Source: Bigelowiella natans CCMP2755 (Eukaryota > Protista > Cercozoa). Taken from it: a DNA stretch of 64,000 nucleotides. The stretch lies in the NCBI GenBank assembly GCA_000320545.1, contig ADNK01000862.1, positions 62,001 to 126,000 on the forward strand, in the 5' to 3' direction. The notes below the pieces were generated by a model. It worked only from the letters and a program-made list of their open reading frames with translations. It was not told where the DNA came from and did no database searches. Positions within the stretch are counted from its first letter, which is position 1, and each line of letters begins with the position of its first letter. Of the stretch, positions 52,878 through 64,000 are shown one piece after another. Made by a program: the position numbers and the translations under genes.

Positions 52878-54874
52878 TATGATGGATTTCTGGCGCTTGC
52901 ACCCTGTGTCCCAGAACCAAAACGGAATGGGCTTTGAAGAGGATCGTTTCCAAAGTTCCCCTGTAAGAACGGGCTTCCCAAATCTCTATTGTTATACTTT
53001 TCACGTCCTGCTATGCTACCGTTACGAATACTAGCACTGGCACTTCTTTCTACAAAAACACGTCCATCCCAAACGGCCTAATAGCATTTTTTCATGATTT
53101 TGAACATCAATGATGAAATACAAAGTTATACCTTGTGTGCACCCATTTCATATCGGGTAATTCCTTTGAGGAGAAATGTGGCAACGGAAAATATGAAGAT
53201 GATAATCCAATTCATCAAGAAGAGGACCATGCTTATGCCGGCTGCGCTATAAAGGTAATCCTTGGCCTTGAAGATAGGAATCTCACTATAAGTGTGACTA
53301 GTTGATATGAATAAATGATTCTGAAAATAAATCAAATTTACCTCCAAATTTATGTCATCCTTGTGAAATGCAAACACGAGGAGCACGCTAATCATTTTAT
53401 TTATTGTATTTGTTTCAATTTTAAGAGTTGCAAATGATATGATATTCAGAGACCCTGAATTAACAACTGGAGGGAGAAGGGCCGCTGAGATGGCCACTCC
53501 GACAAGTGAATTTATGTTAGTGTTTGCAACGCTCAGAGCCACTCCTACCTATGGGCAGATATATCATTTTAAGTGGAAATCTTGTTAATTACCATGGCTT
53601 CTATACCCCCGAAGGTGCAGCAACGACGGCTCCCGCAATCAGAGCAATTGCGGATCCTCTTGAACTCATTTGCGTTGTGACTTTCTGGCTTTTGGAGCTT
53701 AGTAGAGCGAATGCTCCACAGAGAAATCCAGTCGCGAAAGTTATAAGGAGCCCAATTATTTCATTTCTAATGCATTTCCACATCATTCGCTTGTCATCTA
53801 TAAGGTACCTGAAACACATGCTTGGATTCAAGCTCTAATTCCTCGAATTTTCGAATTCATCACTAACCCAAAGGATATTCCGAGGATAGGTCCCATCAGA
53901 GGAGAAACAAGCATGCTAATTGAGAATCGAAACACATGCAACGATGGATATATGTGCTAAGCATGCATATTCTCAATAGTATATATATTAGAAATTAATG
54001 AATTTCGGTTCTTTACCTTGCAACGACAGTGACACTGCTATCAGTAAGCAATCCCACAGCGGCAATAATTCCACCAACAACACAGAATGCCAGATATTCT
54101 GATCCATTCGTTTGTGCAAAATGCATTATTAGTCATGGCAAAATAAAACAAATTAATTACCAAATATCGGCATATCTTTACACAATGAATGATATGCTCA
54201 ATTTACCGAACGTGAGATGAACACCACTATCAACTATTTCGTACATCTCGTCAATGGTCTGCCACAGGAATATTTTATCATTTTATCCGGAGGTAGGTAG
54301 GCTGCATCAGTCAATAAAATATATAAATTATACCTGCCTATCCTTAATGGTGAAAGCTCGCCGTTTTTTCTCCTAAGGTGAATGCAAATGCTAACACCTT
54401 GAACAAAGGAATGAAGAAGCAGAGTACCTCTTCGACAACCTCGCCGCTCAATGCAACTTGCCTTGATGGAAATCTAGGCTACAATAGAAACATAAACTTG
54501 TGATTAAATTCCTAGTTTAATGCAATAACCTTTGTCATCTGAAGAGCTAACACATCCACAATCCCCCATGTGACTCCGATTCCAATTTTTTCCAGTTGCA
54601 TTATGACCTTTCTCACATGTTTATCTTTGCATCTGTTTCACACAAGCAATTAATCAAAATGTAGTGTCAATAAATGTGTCATTTGTTCAGTGTTGATGGA
54701 TCCGAAGTTAACAAATGCGTTCAAACCTGAATTGAACAATGCAACATCCTTGGCCTGCAATGACAACGCATCCTGTTGGAGTTGTATCTATCGCTCTGAT
54801 GACTTCATCTTCTTTGCCTTCCGGAATCGTAATCTTTGAATACCAGACATGACATGAAACACGCGGAGCAACAT
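52706..54874 (-). CDS. DUF389 (TIGR00341-like) integral membrane protein
   Basis: YLAFCVVGGIIAAVGLLTDSSVTVVA|SMLVSPLMGPILGISFG and AGAVVAAPSG|VGVALS..SLVGVAISAALLPPVVNSG are DUF389 signature segments. N-terminus MLLRVFH|ITIPEGKEDEVIRAID; last exon ends ...DKKQLK-TGA at 52706. Confidence 0.88.
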
Positions 54875-55030
54875 GTTCGTAAAATTCTAATTTGTTCACT
54901 GGTCCGAGATGACAACCTCTATGCGCTTCACCATTGTTGCAAGATGCGTTTGGCTTTTGTTTGGTTTTTGTTCTTAGCCTTTTTTTCCATTGGATTTCAG
55001 GCCGATTTTGTTCTGCGACAAGCACCATTA

Positions 55031-55547
55031 CGATGCTTTCGGTTCCTCTGCATCCTTGATTCATTTTGTGCACTTCAGCATTCGCGAAAAATGGGCAGCC
55101 GCACACATCACGGCCAGAAACACGCCTTGCAAAAAGACACAAGAATTGATGTGAGCACAGCTCCCGTGTTGTGGTTCATCGATCACTAGCGTGTCCAGAT
55201 TCGACCATCCAGGTGCACCTGCAGCTCCACCTAGCCATGCACGCTCCAGCGCCACCTGGCTGTCCAGCTGGCACGCTCTGGCGCTGGCTAGCTGGCACGG
55301 AAGCACTCAGCTGTCACCTTTGGTTCCAGCAATTGAGCACAGCTAGACAGCTCACGTGTTGTGGTTCATTGTGCCCACAATGCCCTTGTGTGCCTGCTGC
55401 TTCATGCACGCTTGCTGGCACACTGGCACGCTAGCACGAAGGCTCTCAACTCTCGTTTTTTGTTTCGATTCAGACGACATGCCTGCACTGATGCTGCACA
55501 CCGCCAAGCCAGACACCGCACAACACTTGCACGCGCCGCCGCCACAC
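55031..55547. other. TpA-depleted tract; surviving TA only as CTAG
   Basis: Five TA, all in ctag; many ccag/ctgg words. Confidence 0.85.
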
Positions 55548-55783
55548 CTACCATTGCTTGGCGCAACGTTCAACGCATCATCACCAGCAGCAACACAAAC
55601 GATTAGAAGAAGAAGCAGCGACGCAGATCACTGCCGAGGCGGCAACATTCGTAGGCATGCTTGGTGACAATCTTGCCGATGACATTCATTTACTTCGTTG
55701 CAGACTCTAAATGCCCCCTTGATATGGTGCTAACAAAGCCACTCAACAGTCTAGGAAGGAAAGCAGAGTGTAACCTGTCTGTG

Positions 55784-56821
55784 TTACTTTTCACTTTTCC
55801 TAGCCTTCTTCGATTTTTTCTTTTTCTTCTTGCCTCCGCTGCCCCCTCTTCCTCCATCTACTGGGAGTGGATTGAGCTGCATTGATTCCTGCAGAAATTT
55901 CTTGACTTGCTCCTTACTTCCTCGCGGATTCTCTAATCTCCACATGGTTTGCCTGTGCATCATCTCGCCGATTCCACGGCCAGGAGGCACTTTCAACTAA
56001 GAATTTTATCACACCATATTATCCGAATGAATAGGTGTCGTTTGACAACTGTGACAGCGAGGCACTATGAGGAGAAGTGTTTACATCATGGGCCAGATTT
56101 TGACCTTAAAGCTTTGCCAATTTCTGTGTGAATATGCATTATAACTTTCCCTCTATGTAGCAGCAGATTCTCTTCTGACCATCATGCAACTACATCTACT
56201 TCTACTACCTCTGTCACCATTTCTTGTGCCGTGACCAGCGGTTTCCACCGCCAACACCCTGGCAGCCCCGAAGCATTTGCTAGCCACACCGCGTATTGGG
56301 AGAATGCATCAAACTTCTTATAACCACAAACCCGACTGCTACCTACAACTGCCTGCTGCACCTTCTTTCCATTTCCTTCTGCATCTTTACTCTTACTGCT
56401 ACTCGTGGTGTGTATAAAGTCTAGACCAAAATCCTTGTAGTGTTGTTGGTCGTCACTCTTCGCCGTCACAACGGGTTCTTTCGCTACAACTACGATTGCA
56501 TATGCAAGATCAAGGGCTAGCGCAAACCGATCCTTAATGGAAAGCAGCACTTTGCCTGACTCTCTCAACACTTGCTTCAGCGAGGTTCGTGGTTGGGACG
56601 AGGCTGCCGGTGTTGTTGATACTGGTGCTGAAGCTGCTGTGTACATTCTATGCAAGGCAGCGAACTTGTGTGCGGCGTCAACCAGAAGGGCTGCGGCCTC
56701 CGCAATATCGCGGTCCGCAGCCTTCAAGCTCTCCCTCTGTTTGATAACCACGATCATTGATACATCTTATGAAGAGGAAAATGAGGTAAAAGACTGTGGA
56801 CAATAGACCACTCTACTACTT

Positions 56822-56869
<48 letters not shown>

Positions 56870-59800
56870 ACTCTGTGTGTGTGTGTGTGTGTGTGTGTTT
56901 CAATCTCTATCTACCAAAATCCACCGGACAGCACTTTGCCTTCTCTTCTTCACCTGTATGTATCACCGCAAAGAGAATCAAATGGATGTGCGGCTCAGCA
57001 TCAACGTGAACGAGTGCCAATCGCAAGATGGTGGGAAAATTTGTCAGTCGTCTTCCATTTATCATCCGGATGTGTATGCTGGATTCATAGGAGAAAGGCG
57101 AACTAAGAGGGGAACCAGAATCCTTTTGGTGATTTTTACCTTGACCTCGTAGCCGTGGTATGAAGATAGGAAACCTGCATAGTAGGCCACCTGTCTCTCC
57201 AGTTTGCTATAGCTCAAAGCTTCTGCTTCTTCCGCCCTCTGTCCTATGATCCTTTCGACCAGCCTCATCCTCTGCAAGCACGGTCCTCTCATCTCTTCAC
57301 CTGGATTCTCCTTAATAGAAGATAAAGAAATAACATCACCGTTTCGGTTATATAATCTATTTCAGCCCTTCAAAGACAATCCTGCCAATGAAGACAATGC
57401 TGTCAATACCACAAGCAGCGTCCCACTGCGTCTTTACCACTACTACCACTACTGTAACAGAAACCTCTCCTTTATCACACTTAGATCACAAATGCAACAA
57501 TAGCGACTAATGCTAACCGATGAGGATCTTTTCTGATCTGGCACTGACTCAGCTTTGAGGAAGGGGGTGGAAGGCTCCGCGAACACAACGTCTATAGAAG
57601 ATGAAGGTTGAGAGGATAAGGGTAAGGAAGATGAATATAGCTTCGGCAACGTGAGCTATGAGAGAGCACGGGCGAGAGAGAGGAAAAGAAAAAGCCAGAC
57701 CTTGCAGATTGAAATCGACTAGATGTTGAAACGCATCTGTAGGAGATCCCACACCCCCTACGACCTGACGACAATAAAACCGTCATTCACTCCACGTATT
57801 ATTGGTTGCCGCTCGGAGAATAAACGAATTAGAGGAAAGAGGGGCGGGGGATGAATCTTGCCTTATTGAGTTCCTGTGCAAACCTCTCCCGGCTCACCTG
57901 GTTAGGCCAATCCAAGTAATGCAAGAAAGTAAGAGGAGGAAGGTAAAGCACTCCTTTACAGACAAGCAAAAGTACTCCTTTACTGACAAGCAGCTAGCAC
58001 TAAATATCTTTCTAGAGGAGGCCTTCACATCAGACACCTTGGTCTTCAAATCCGAACGGATGTTCTCCAATTTCGCTGCTGCCACTATCTTGTCATCGAG
58101 CCGAAATTGAAACCTAACGGAACAGACTCTCAAGGTAATTCATATGTGATGCCTCTTACTCGCCATCAATCGTGCACTCATCTCCGCTATTCGAACCCCT
58201 TATCCACCTGCAACTCCAGATGCTGCAAGTGCGAGATACACAGATATGTTCTTACTCTTTGACAACCTTGCCGAGAAGCGTATGGCCCTGAGTACGCGGA
58301 GGGGGTCATCGCGAAAAGTCTTTTCTGGGTTTAGAGGGGTGACTACCAAAAACGAAAGCCATAAGAAAAGACCGACGGCAAAGAGAGGAACAGAGTTTAA
58401 TTAGGAATGGGCATTGAGAGTAGGAGGAGGCGGAGGAGGGGGAGTAGTGAAATAGAGATAGTAACATTTCCTTTCCTTTATGTTTTCCCCAACAATATTC
58501 TTGTAAAAGTCATCATTATTCCGTACTGCTACCGAGGATCTTTTCCTTGAGGTCGGAAAGTCCTCTGCCGGTTAGGTCCTCTACCTGCACACCCAGACAG
58601 TATTAATTATTAGCCATATTGGTCAACACTCCATCAACGCTACTCAAGAATACGATCTCGATTCTTTAGAAAAGAACAAATTAGTGTCATAAGAAGCCGC
58701 AGAACTTCACACTAATAACCACTGGTTCTGTTGTTATGTTCATGCCAGAGAATGGGATAGGTGGCACAGACTTTGTCCTTGTTGATGTTGTAGAAGAGGG
58801 AGTTAACAGTGAAGTCCCTCCGAAGTGCATCCTCCTCAGCCGTGCCTACTTTCGTCTCCGGCACACGTGAATCGTCATGGTATACTTCTGTGCGGAGGTT
58901 GTTTATGTCTACGCTGTGACCCAGGATCGTCATCGTGGCAGTCTGAAGGTGCTTTGATCTTGAGTGGCCAAGCACGACAACGTATATATTTGATATCAGT
59001 ATAGATACATTTTAATGCATTATAAATTTCAACGTAAATCCTCCTCTCACCTGCCACGACTACTACTGACACTCCTCCTACTACCACCACCACCACCACC
59101 GCCATCACCGCCACCACAAAGTATGTTTATACTTGTCAGGGTTTGCCTGGATCACTCCAATGGATTTGATTGGGTATCCTAAGTAGATAGGAGGAGTAAG
59201 AGGGAAAGAAAAGTCACGGCGCCAAAATTGAAGAGGAAAAGAGCGAGTAGGTAATCGAAGAAGAGATGGGACTGTGAGAGGGAGAGTGAATCCTATTCAA
59301 GGAGTTAGTCTTAGGGACTAGAAGCTATTTCACCACCTTTTTTCTTGAGTTGGTCCACGACATTCTTCGCAAAATCCTCCCCCTTAATGCAACGTCACAC
59401 AATCAAATAAAATACTACTCAACGGTATCGTCTGCAGACAAATATCCACCAATTTGAAAAATAAATTTAAGCGGGTACAATCCAACCAAATACACCAGCA
59501 CAGGCACACATACCGTCATATCGTCGACAGATATATCAATGTCGTCGGAATCCTTCCCCAGGCACTGTATCCAGAAAATGCGTCATAAAACTTACATTAC
59601 CACAAACCTTAGCGAACAGTTATATTAGGTATTTAGAGCTGTGTCTAATCGAACCTTGTCGCGCACCCAGCCTCCAGCAACACGCATCGTAGTGTTAAGT
59701 CCTAAATTTGTGCATTAGAATTCGTAACCGAAAATAGGAGGAGAGATGGATATACATCCTAACCTTTTTCATGATGCATCTCCTTCAGAAAATCGAACAT

Positions 59801-59968
59801 TTTCTGTTCATCAACGGTGAGCTTTATCACCGGCACTATTGTCTCATACTTTCTTTTCTGAAATTCCTGGTGCTGTCCATTACTAGCACGGCCATCCCCA
59901 GTATCATCTTCACTTAATTTTCCTTCTCTTGCGCGCTTATCTCCCGGCTTCGCGATAATAGCATCCAT
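55784..59968 (-). CDS. CCA1: CCA-adding enzyme (class II tRNA nucleotidyltransferase)
   Basis: MRVAGGWVRDK|CLGKDSDDIDI (DxD), IQANPDK|SKHLQTA, DINNLRTEVYHDDSRVP, EEDALRRDFTVNSLFYN, TFRDDPLRVLRAIRF, KVS; last exon LKVPPGRGIGEMM...KKKKKKSKKARKSEK-TAA. Confidence 0.95.
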
Positions 59969-60288
59969 AGAGTTGTAGTCTTTCGAAAAACGACGTCGTC
60001 AGAGAAACATGCTCTCAAAGAATCGACACGACGACGTTCAAACTCTAACCTACAGGCCCAACTTCTACTAATAGAGTTTCTGCAACAAGGAAGCAAACAA
60101 GATCAAAGGATGATGAAATTCCCCAATTTCCACGTGAAGCGTACACAATTATTACAAAGTCAGAATGGGAAGAAATGAAATTAGGTTGACACTTATTTCA
60201 CAATCGTTATTACCTTCGACAGCTCGTTTCTTGATAATTACTCCACTTTTCGGGCAGCAAACCCCTCCCATATAGTCCAGATGGGGGC

Positions 60289-61868
60289 TTGTTGATTAGA
60301 GGGCGGCGTTTGAGTACTGCACGACGGAATTGGCAGGCCCCCTCGCTTTCCCTGGAAGACTTCAGAAATAGTGCTAAAGCAATGACAGACTTCTTGGTAA
60401 TCCCCTGTAATATCTTCAGCATTCTATTGAAATTTCATGTCGCAGAGGAAAACCGTGTGCACGAACACGTTCTTCCTCGAATCTTCGCCGAACGTCCCCG
60501 GTGAGCCAGGGGATATTTCTTAAGATCCTTAACGTCGGCAGACACAGGCATTTTGTCGGAGATATAGAATGTGCGACAATTCAGAATGGTAAGTTGATGC
60601 AGCATTCGAGCCAGCATTTACCAAATTTGTTGTCTACGAATGTCACATGTAAGCTCCAAAGAAAAGGGTTCGGCGTTATTAAGAAACCCATTGCTCCGAA
60701 CGTTCAAACAATACGCCTCCTGGCTCGCTTTCGAACACAATGGGGAAACAGAGCGCGAGTATATGCTATTCTTCCTTCTTTCTACCTAAGCATGTCATAG
60801 AGAGTTCTTCGTGTGGGGATGTTCCAAGTTGGAACCTAACGGAACTTTGTGTCAGGTGTAAATCGCAAGAAAATTAACCCGTATGCCAACCACCGTCGCA
60901 GAACTCGGCAGAAGAAAGCCGCAGGTAAAGACGCCTTCGATAGCTGAATAGCAATATCACATGAATTGTATTTCGAGCATTGGTAAATGCTATGTGAACA
61001 ATATGAACATTTTCGATCTCAGTGGGGTTCAAGGCTCCATTTGCAAAGAAAATCTCAAAAAAAAAAATGAAAATGAAACTCCACAGGTATGTCACAATGC
61101 TTTGTGTTAGAGGTTCTCAAGATGAAGACAAATTTTGTAAACTGTAAATATTTCGATGCCCCGTCTTCACACCTGCAAACCGAAATACTCACGCACACGT
61201 GCACGAACGAGGATACATGTACCTTTTGGAGATATGAGATATGGCCGTGTAGTGAAAAATATTGACACATGCGTTGATGGAAAACTGTTCAGGTTGGCAA
61301 TGGAAAAAAAAGATATCGAGAAAGCATTGAAAGCTCAGGGAATAGACATCGACAATCTGATGATAGGTGGCTATCAAATTTAGGATGAGACCGTGCTCAT
61401 TTTCACCATTATTACCTTACATCAGAGGAATCTGAGTCAAAGAAAAGCAAAAAGATACCTAATAGCAAACCCAAGAACCAAAAAGAAAAACCGGCAATTA
61501 AGAAGACACCATCAACAACTACAAAAGCAACTGAAGTGATTTCAGGAAGGAGATCGAGAAGGTCTGAAATTGCACTTCATTCTTCCCTTTGCTATAGGGT
61601 CTGAGCTGTTGTGATACAGAGAAAAGTCGATGCAGAATAGCTCGAACGAAGCTATGGATGAAGATAGACAAAACCGTGGAAGAAGAACAACTAGAAGTGC
61701 CAGCAGGAAGAAGGTTCATTCACATACACAGATGATTGTTGCCCGAGTAACTGTTTCGATCATGTTTGTTATCTTGCCACACATCAGAAGATGAAGGCTA
61801 AAGCTCGTGCGAGGGGTAAATCTAAAGCGTCTGCTGCGTCTGCTGAGGGCAAAATGGAAATTGATTAG
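60289..61868 (+). CDS. Hypothetical protein with basic/charged C-terminus; start uncertain
   Basis: Several GT-AG bounded exons, e.g. LAMEKKDIEKALKAQGIDIDNLMI|EESESKKSKK... and terminal KMKAKARARGKSKASAASAEGKMEID-TAG. Confidence 0.45.
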
Positions 61869-62122
61869 CGATGAGGAGAAGTGAATAATCCATGTGTTTA
61901 TTTCCATTTACTTCTAGCAATTATGATGTCCACTGTAGAAAGCTGCTGCATTTTGCAGAGAACATAAACTAACCTTTGCGCACTACATGTTGTTATTGCC
62001 ATGTAATGTAGCAATGGCATCTATGCATGTGCGTATTGCCTGCTACAGCTGCAGGTTATGTTTGCTCATCATGCATCGATCATGCTGCATTTGCAACAAT
62101 GGACATGTGTGGAAGACCATTA

Positions 62123-63215
62123 GACATGGAATCATCCATGTGCGTTGTGTCTCCACTTGAGCAGCATCTTCTGTTGTCGTTGTTGACGGCTGCGACAGGA
62201 TGTGCGCGCACATCGCATTGATTGTTGCATGCTAGCATGTGCACCGCGTGCTGTCGAGAGACATCGCAGGTGACAGTGTCTTGTCATGTTGCTGTTTCAT
62301 TGAAGCCACGCCATGTGTGCTAGCAAGCTAGCAAGCTAGCTAGACACGCAGCAAAACAATGCACGTTGTCGCACAACTAGGTGGCCTGTCTAGCTAGCTA
62401 GCTGTTTGCGCATGCGCGATGATCGACAACAAAATGAAAGTTTCTCAGTGTTGCCTCATCACGTGCCAACACTTGACTCGTTTGCTCAGTCCACGATCAC
62501 TTTGGTGAAACTTGCTGCCGCGGATGGGACGGAGCAATCACCCCAGCTCGCCTCGATCGTCCTTGAGCGTGTCCGCGAGTGTGCCCAGCTAGACAGGCTC
62601 GCCGTTCACAAGCTGCCAAGCTGTGCACAAGCAATTGCTGGCAAGCAAGCTAGCAAGCAAGTCGCAGCGAAACTTGGGTGTGCGACACGCAGTTCTGGTG
62701 CCGCCCACAGACCTCAACAGTCGTTTCAAAGTGGTCGCTCCCCATGGATGAATCCGTGACCGTTGCACTTTGGAGGAGGGTGAGAACTGAGACAATGACA
62801 ATGATGACAAACTGCACTTCCAAAACGTTGCAAGACATCGTCAATGAGAACAATGAGAACAATGATGAAAAAGCACATTTCCAAAGTGTGACAAGACACT
62901 TGCAGTGTGCGAAATGCAGTGCCTCGAACTGGCTTCGGTGAGGACTGAAAACACTCATTTGCAGTGCACGAAACTGAGACAGACATTGCCAGGGACGAAC
63001 GATGGTCGAACAATGAACAATGAACAATGAACAATGATGATGAACTACATTTCCAAAATGTTGCAAGACATTTGCAGTGTTCGAAATGCAGTGCCTCGAA
63101 CTGGCTTCAGTGAGGACTGTGACTAGCAAATCGAACGCTTTCTCATTGAACCGACCAACTCGTTGTCACTTGTCGCGGCACAGTCCTCCCAATGCCATTT
63201 TTGGGTTTTCCCAGC
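62123..63215. other. TpA-depleted tract with internal ~73-bp direct repeats (62875-62948, 63046-63119) and a (TGAACAA)n array
   Basis: About a dozen TA, all ctag except one ctac; repeat core gcagtgt.cgaaatgcagtgcctcgaactggcttc.gtgaggactg present twice. Confidence 0.85.
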
Positions 63216-63221
63216 GCTAAA

Positions 63222-63921
63222 ATGAGTATTTTTCGGTTTGGCTGCAAATCTCCGGATGATGGATGGATTCTACCCGGGAAGGTGGTTTTGTCTCAGATGA
63301 ACAAAGAGAGGGCATTGGCAATCAAACGACAACAAATATTAACAAATTTTACTATGTCGCACGTGAATAGCAGGACCTCCTCTCGAGAGATTTGAGCACT
63401 CCCTCGAAAAGGAAAAAAGAATAGCCAGTCTCAGGGAGCGACCTTGTCTGCTGGTGTGAGCGAGTGAGCTTTGACAACGTATTCACACAGCGGCATGGCC
63501 AAAAGCTATTTAGATTGTGAATGAATTTCAAGATAGCAGCGAAAAGAACTTCGAGGGAAACTTGGAAATGACACTAGTGAACGCTGGCGATCTTCTCGCT
63601 CAGGTACTGTAGTCCAGACGTTGCACTCTCTAACAGGAGGGAAACCAGGGAGGAAGAAGAGAAGATGGAACAGAATAAAGCATTCCAGTATTTGTTTGAT
63701 ACTAAAATCGACCACATGGTGATGCACAGGTTCTCGTGGAGTCGGGCGTTCGGGATGTATATGCGACGTCCCCTTCACTGTCAGTCGGTGCTATCGCAGA
63801 TGTGATGGAAAAAGCAGGGGCGACATTGTATTCGCACCTCACGCCTGGAACTTCTATCGCTGCGGCTCAAGCACGTGCAGAGTTAACTAATTCTCTAGTG
63901 GCCATCGTCCTCACCGCAGAT
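63222..63921 (+). CDS. 5' part of a thiamine-pyrophosphate enzyme-like protein (acetolactate synthase/ILVBL/HACL-type Pyr domain); continues beyond window
   Basis: VNAGDLLAQ|VLVESGVRDVYATSP..IADVMEKAGATLYSHLTPGTSIAAAQARAELTNSLVAIVLTAD follows the TPP_enzyme_N pattern (GGxLLAxxLxxxGVxxVF..AxxxAxxxAxxTgxxgvxxvT). First exons uncertain. Confidence 0.55.
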
Positions 63922-63962
63922 GGTACTCGACCACCATTGCCATTGCCATGGCATCGCCGCCA

Positions 63963-63998
<36 letters not shown>

Positions 63999-64000
63999 TA

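Noticed and set aside
62810-63125. CRISPR-like array
   Set aside because: Eukaryotic context, only 2-3 long diverged repeats, low-complexity spacers and no cas genes.

Overview
Eukaryotic nuclear DNA: gene-dense, very intron-rich, with microsatellites in many introns. Intron density, a bipartite signal+transit leader and a candidate 20-nt intron would fit a chlorarachniophyte-like alga, but that taxon call is inference. Spliced genes read by hand: GT4 glycosyltransferase (5'-partial), M3A thimet-type oligopeptidase, IMP3, UBC13, pectinacetylesterase/Notum-family esterase, an EHD-family ATPase with no EH domain, a FAAP100-like protein, selenoprotein MsrA (in-frame TGA plus SECIS), a peptidase-S74 + Dicer-type helicase + DUF283 fusion, a DUF389 membrane protein, CCA-adding enzyme, the 5' part of a TPP-enzyme-like gene, and several hypotheticals. 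Two observations stand out. (1) Discrete tracts, mostly just beyond gene 3' ends, lack the dinucleotide TpA: none in about 1.78 kb at 51102-52877, and elsewhere it survives almost only as CTAG. This suggests regional TpA->TpG/CpA hypermutation, opposite in direction to fungal RIP. (2) A self-cleaving-type S74 chaperone domain is fused to a Dicer helicase module that lacks PAZ/RNase III. All gene models are manual, exon boundaries are approximate, and no searches were run.
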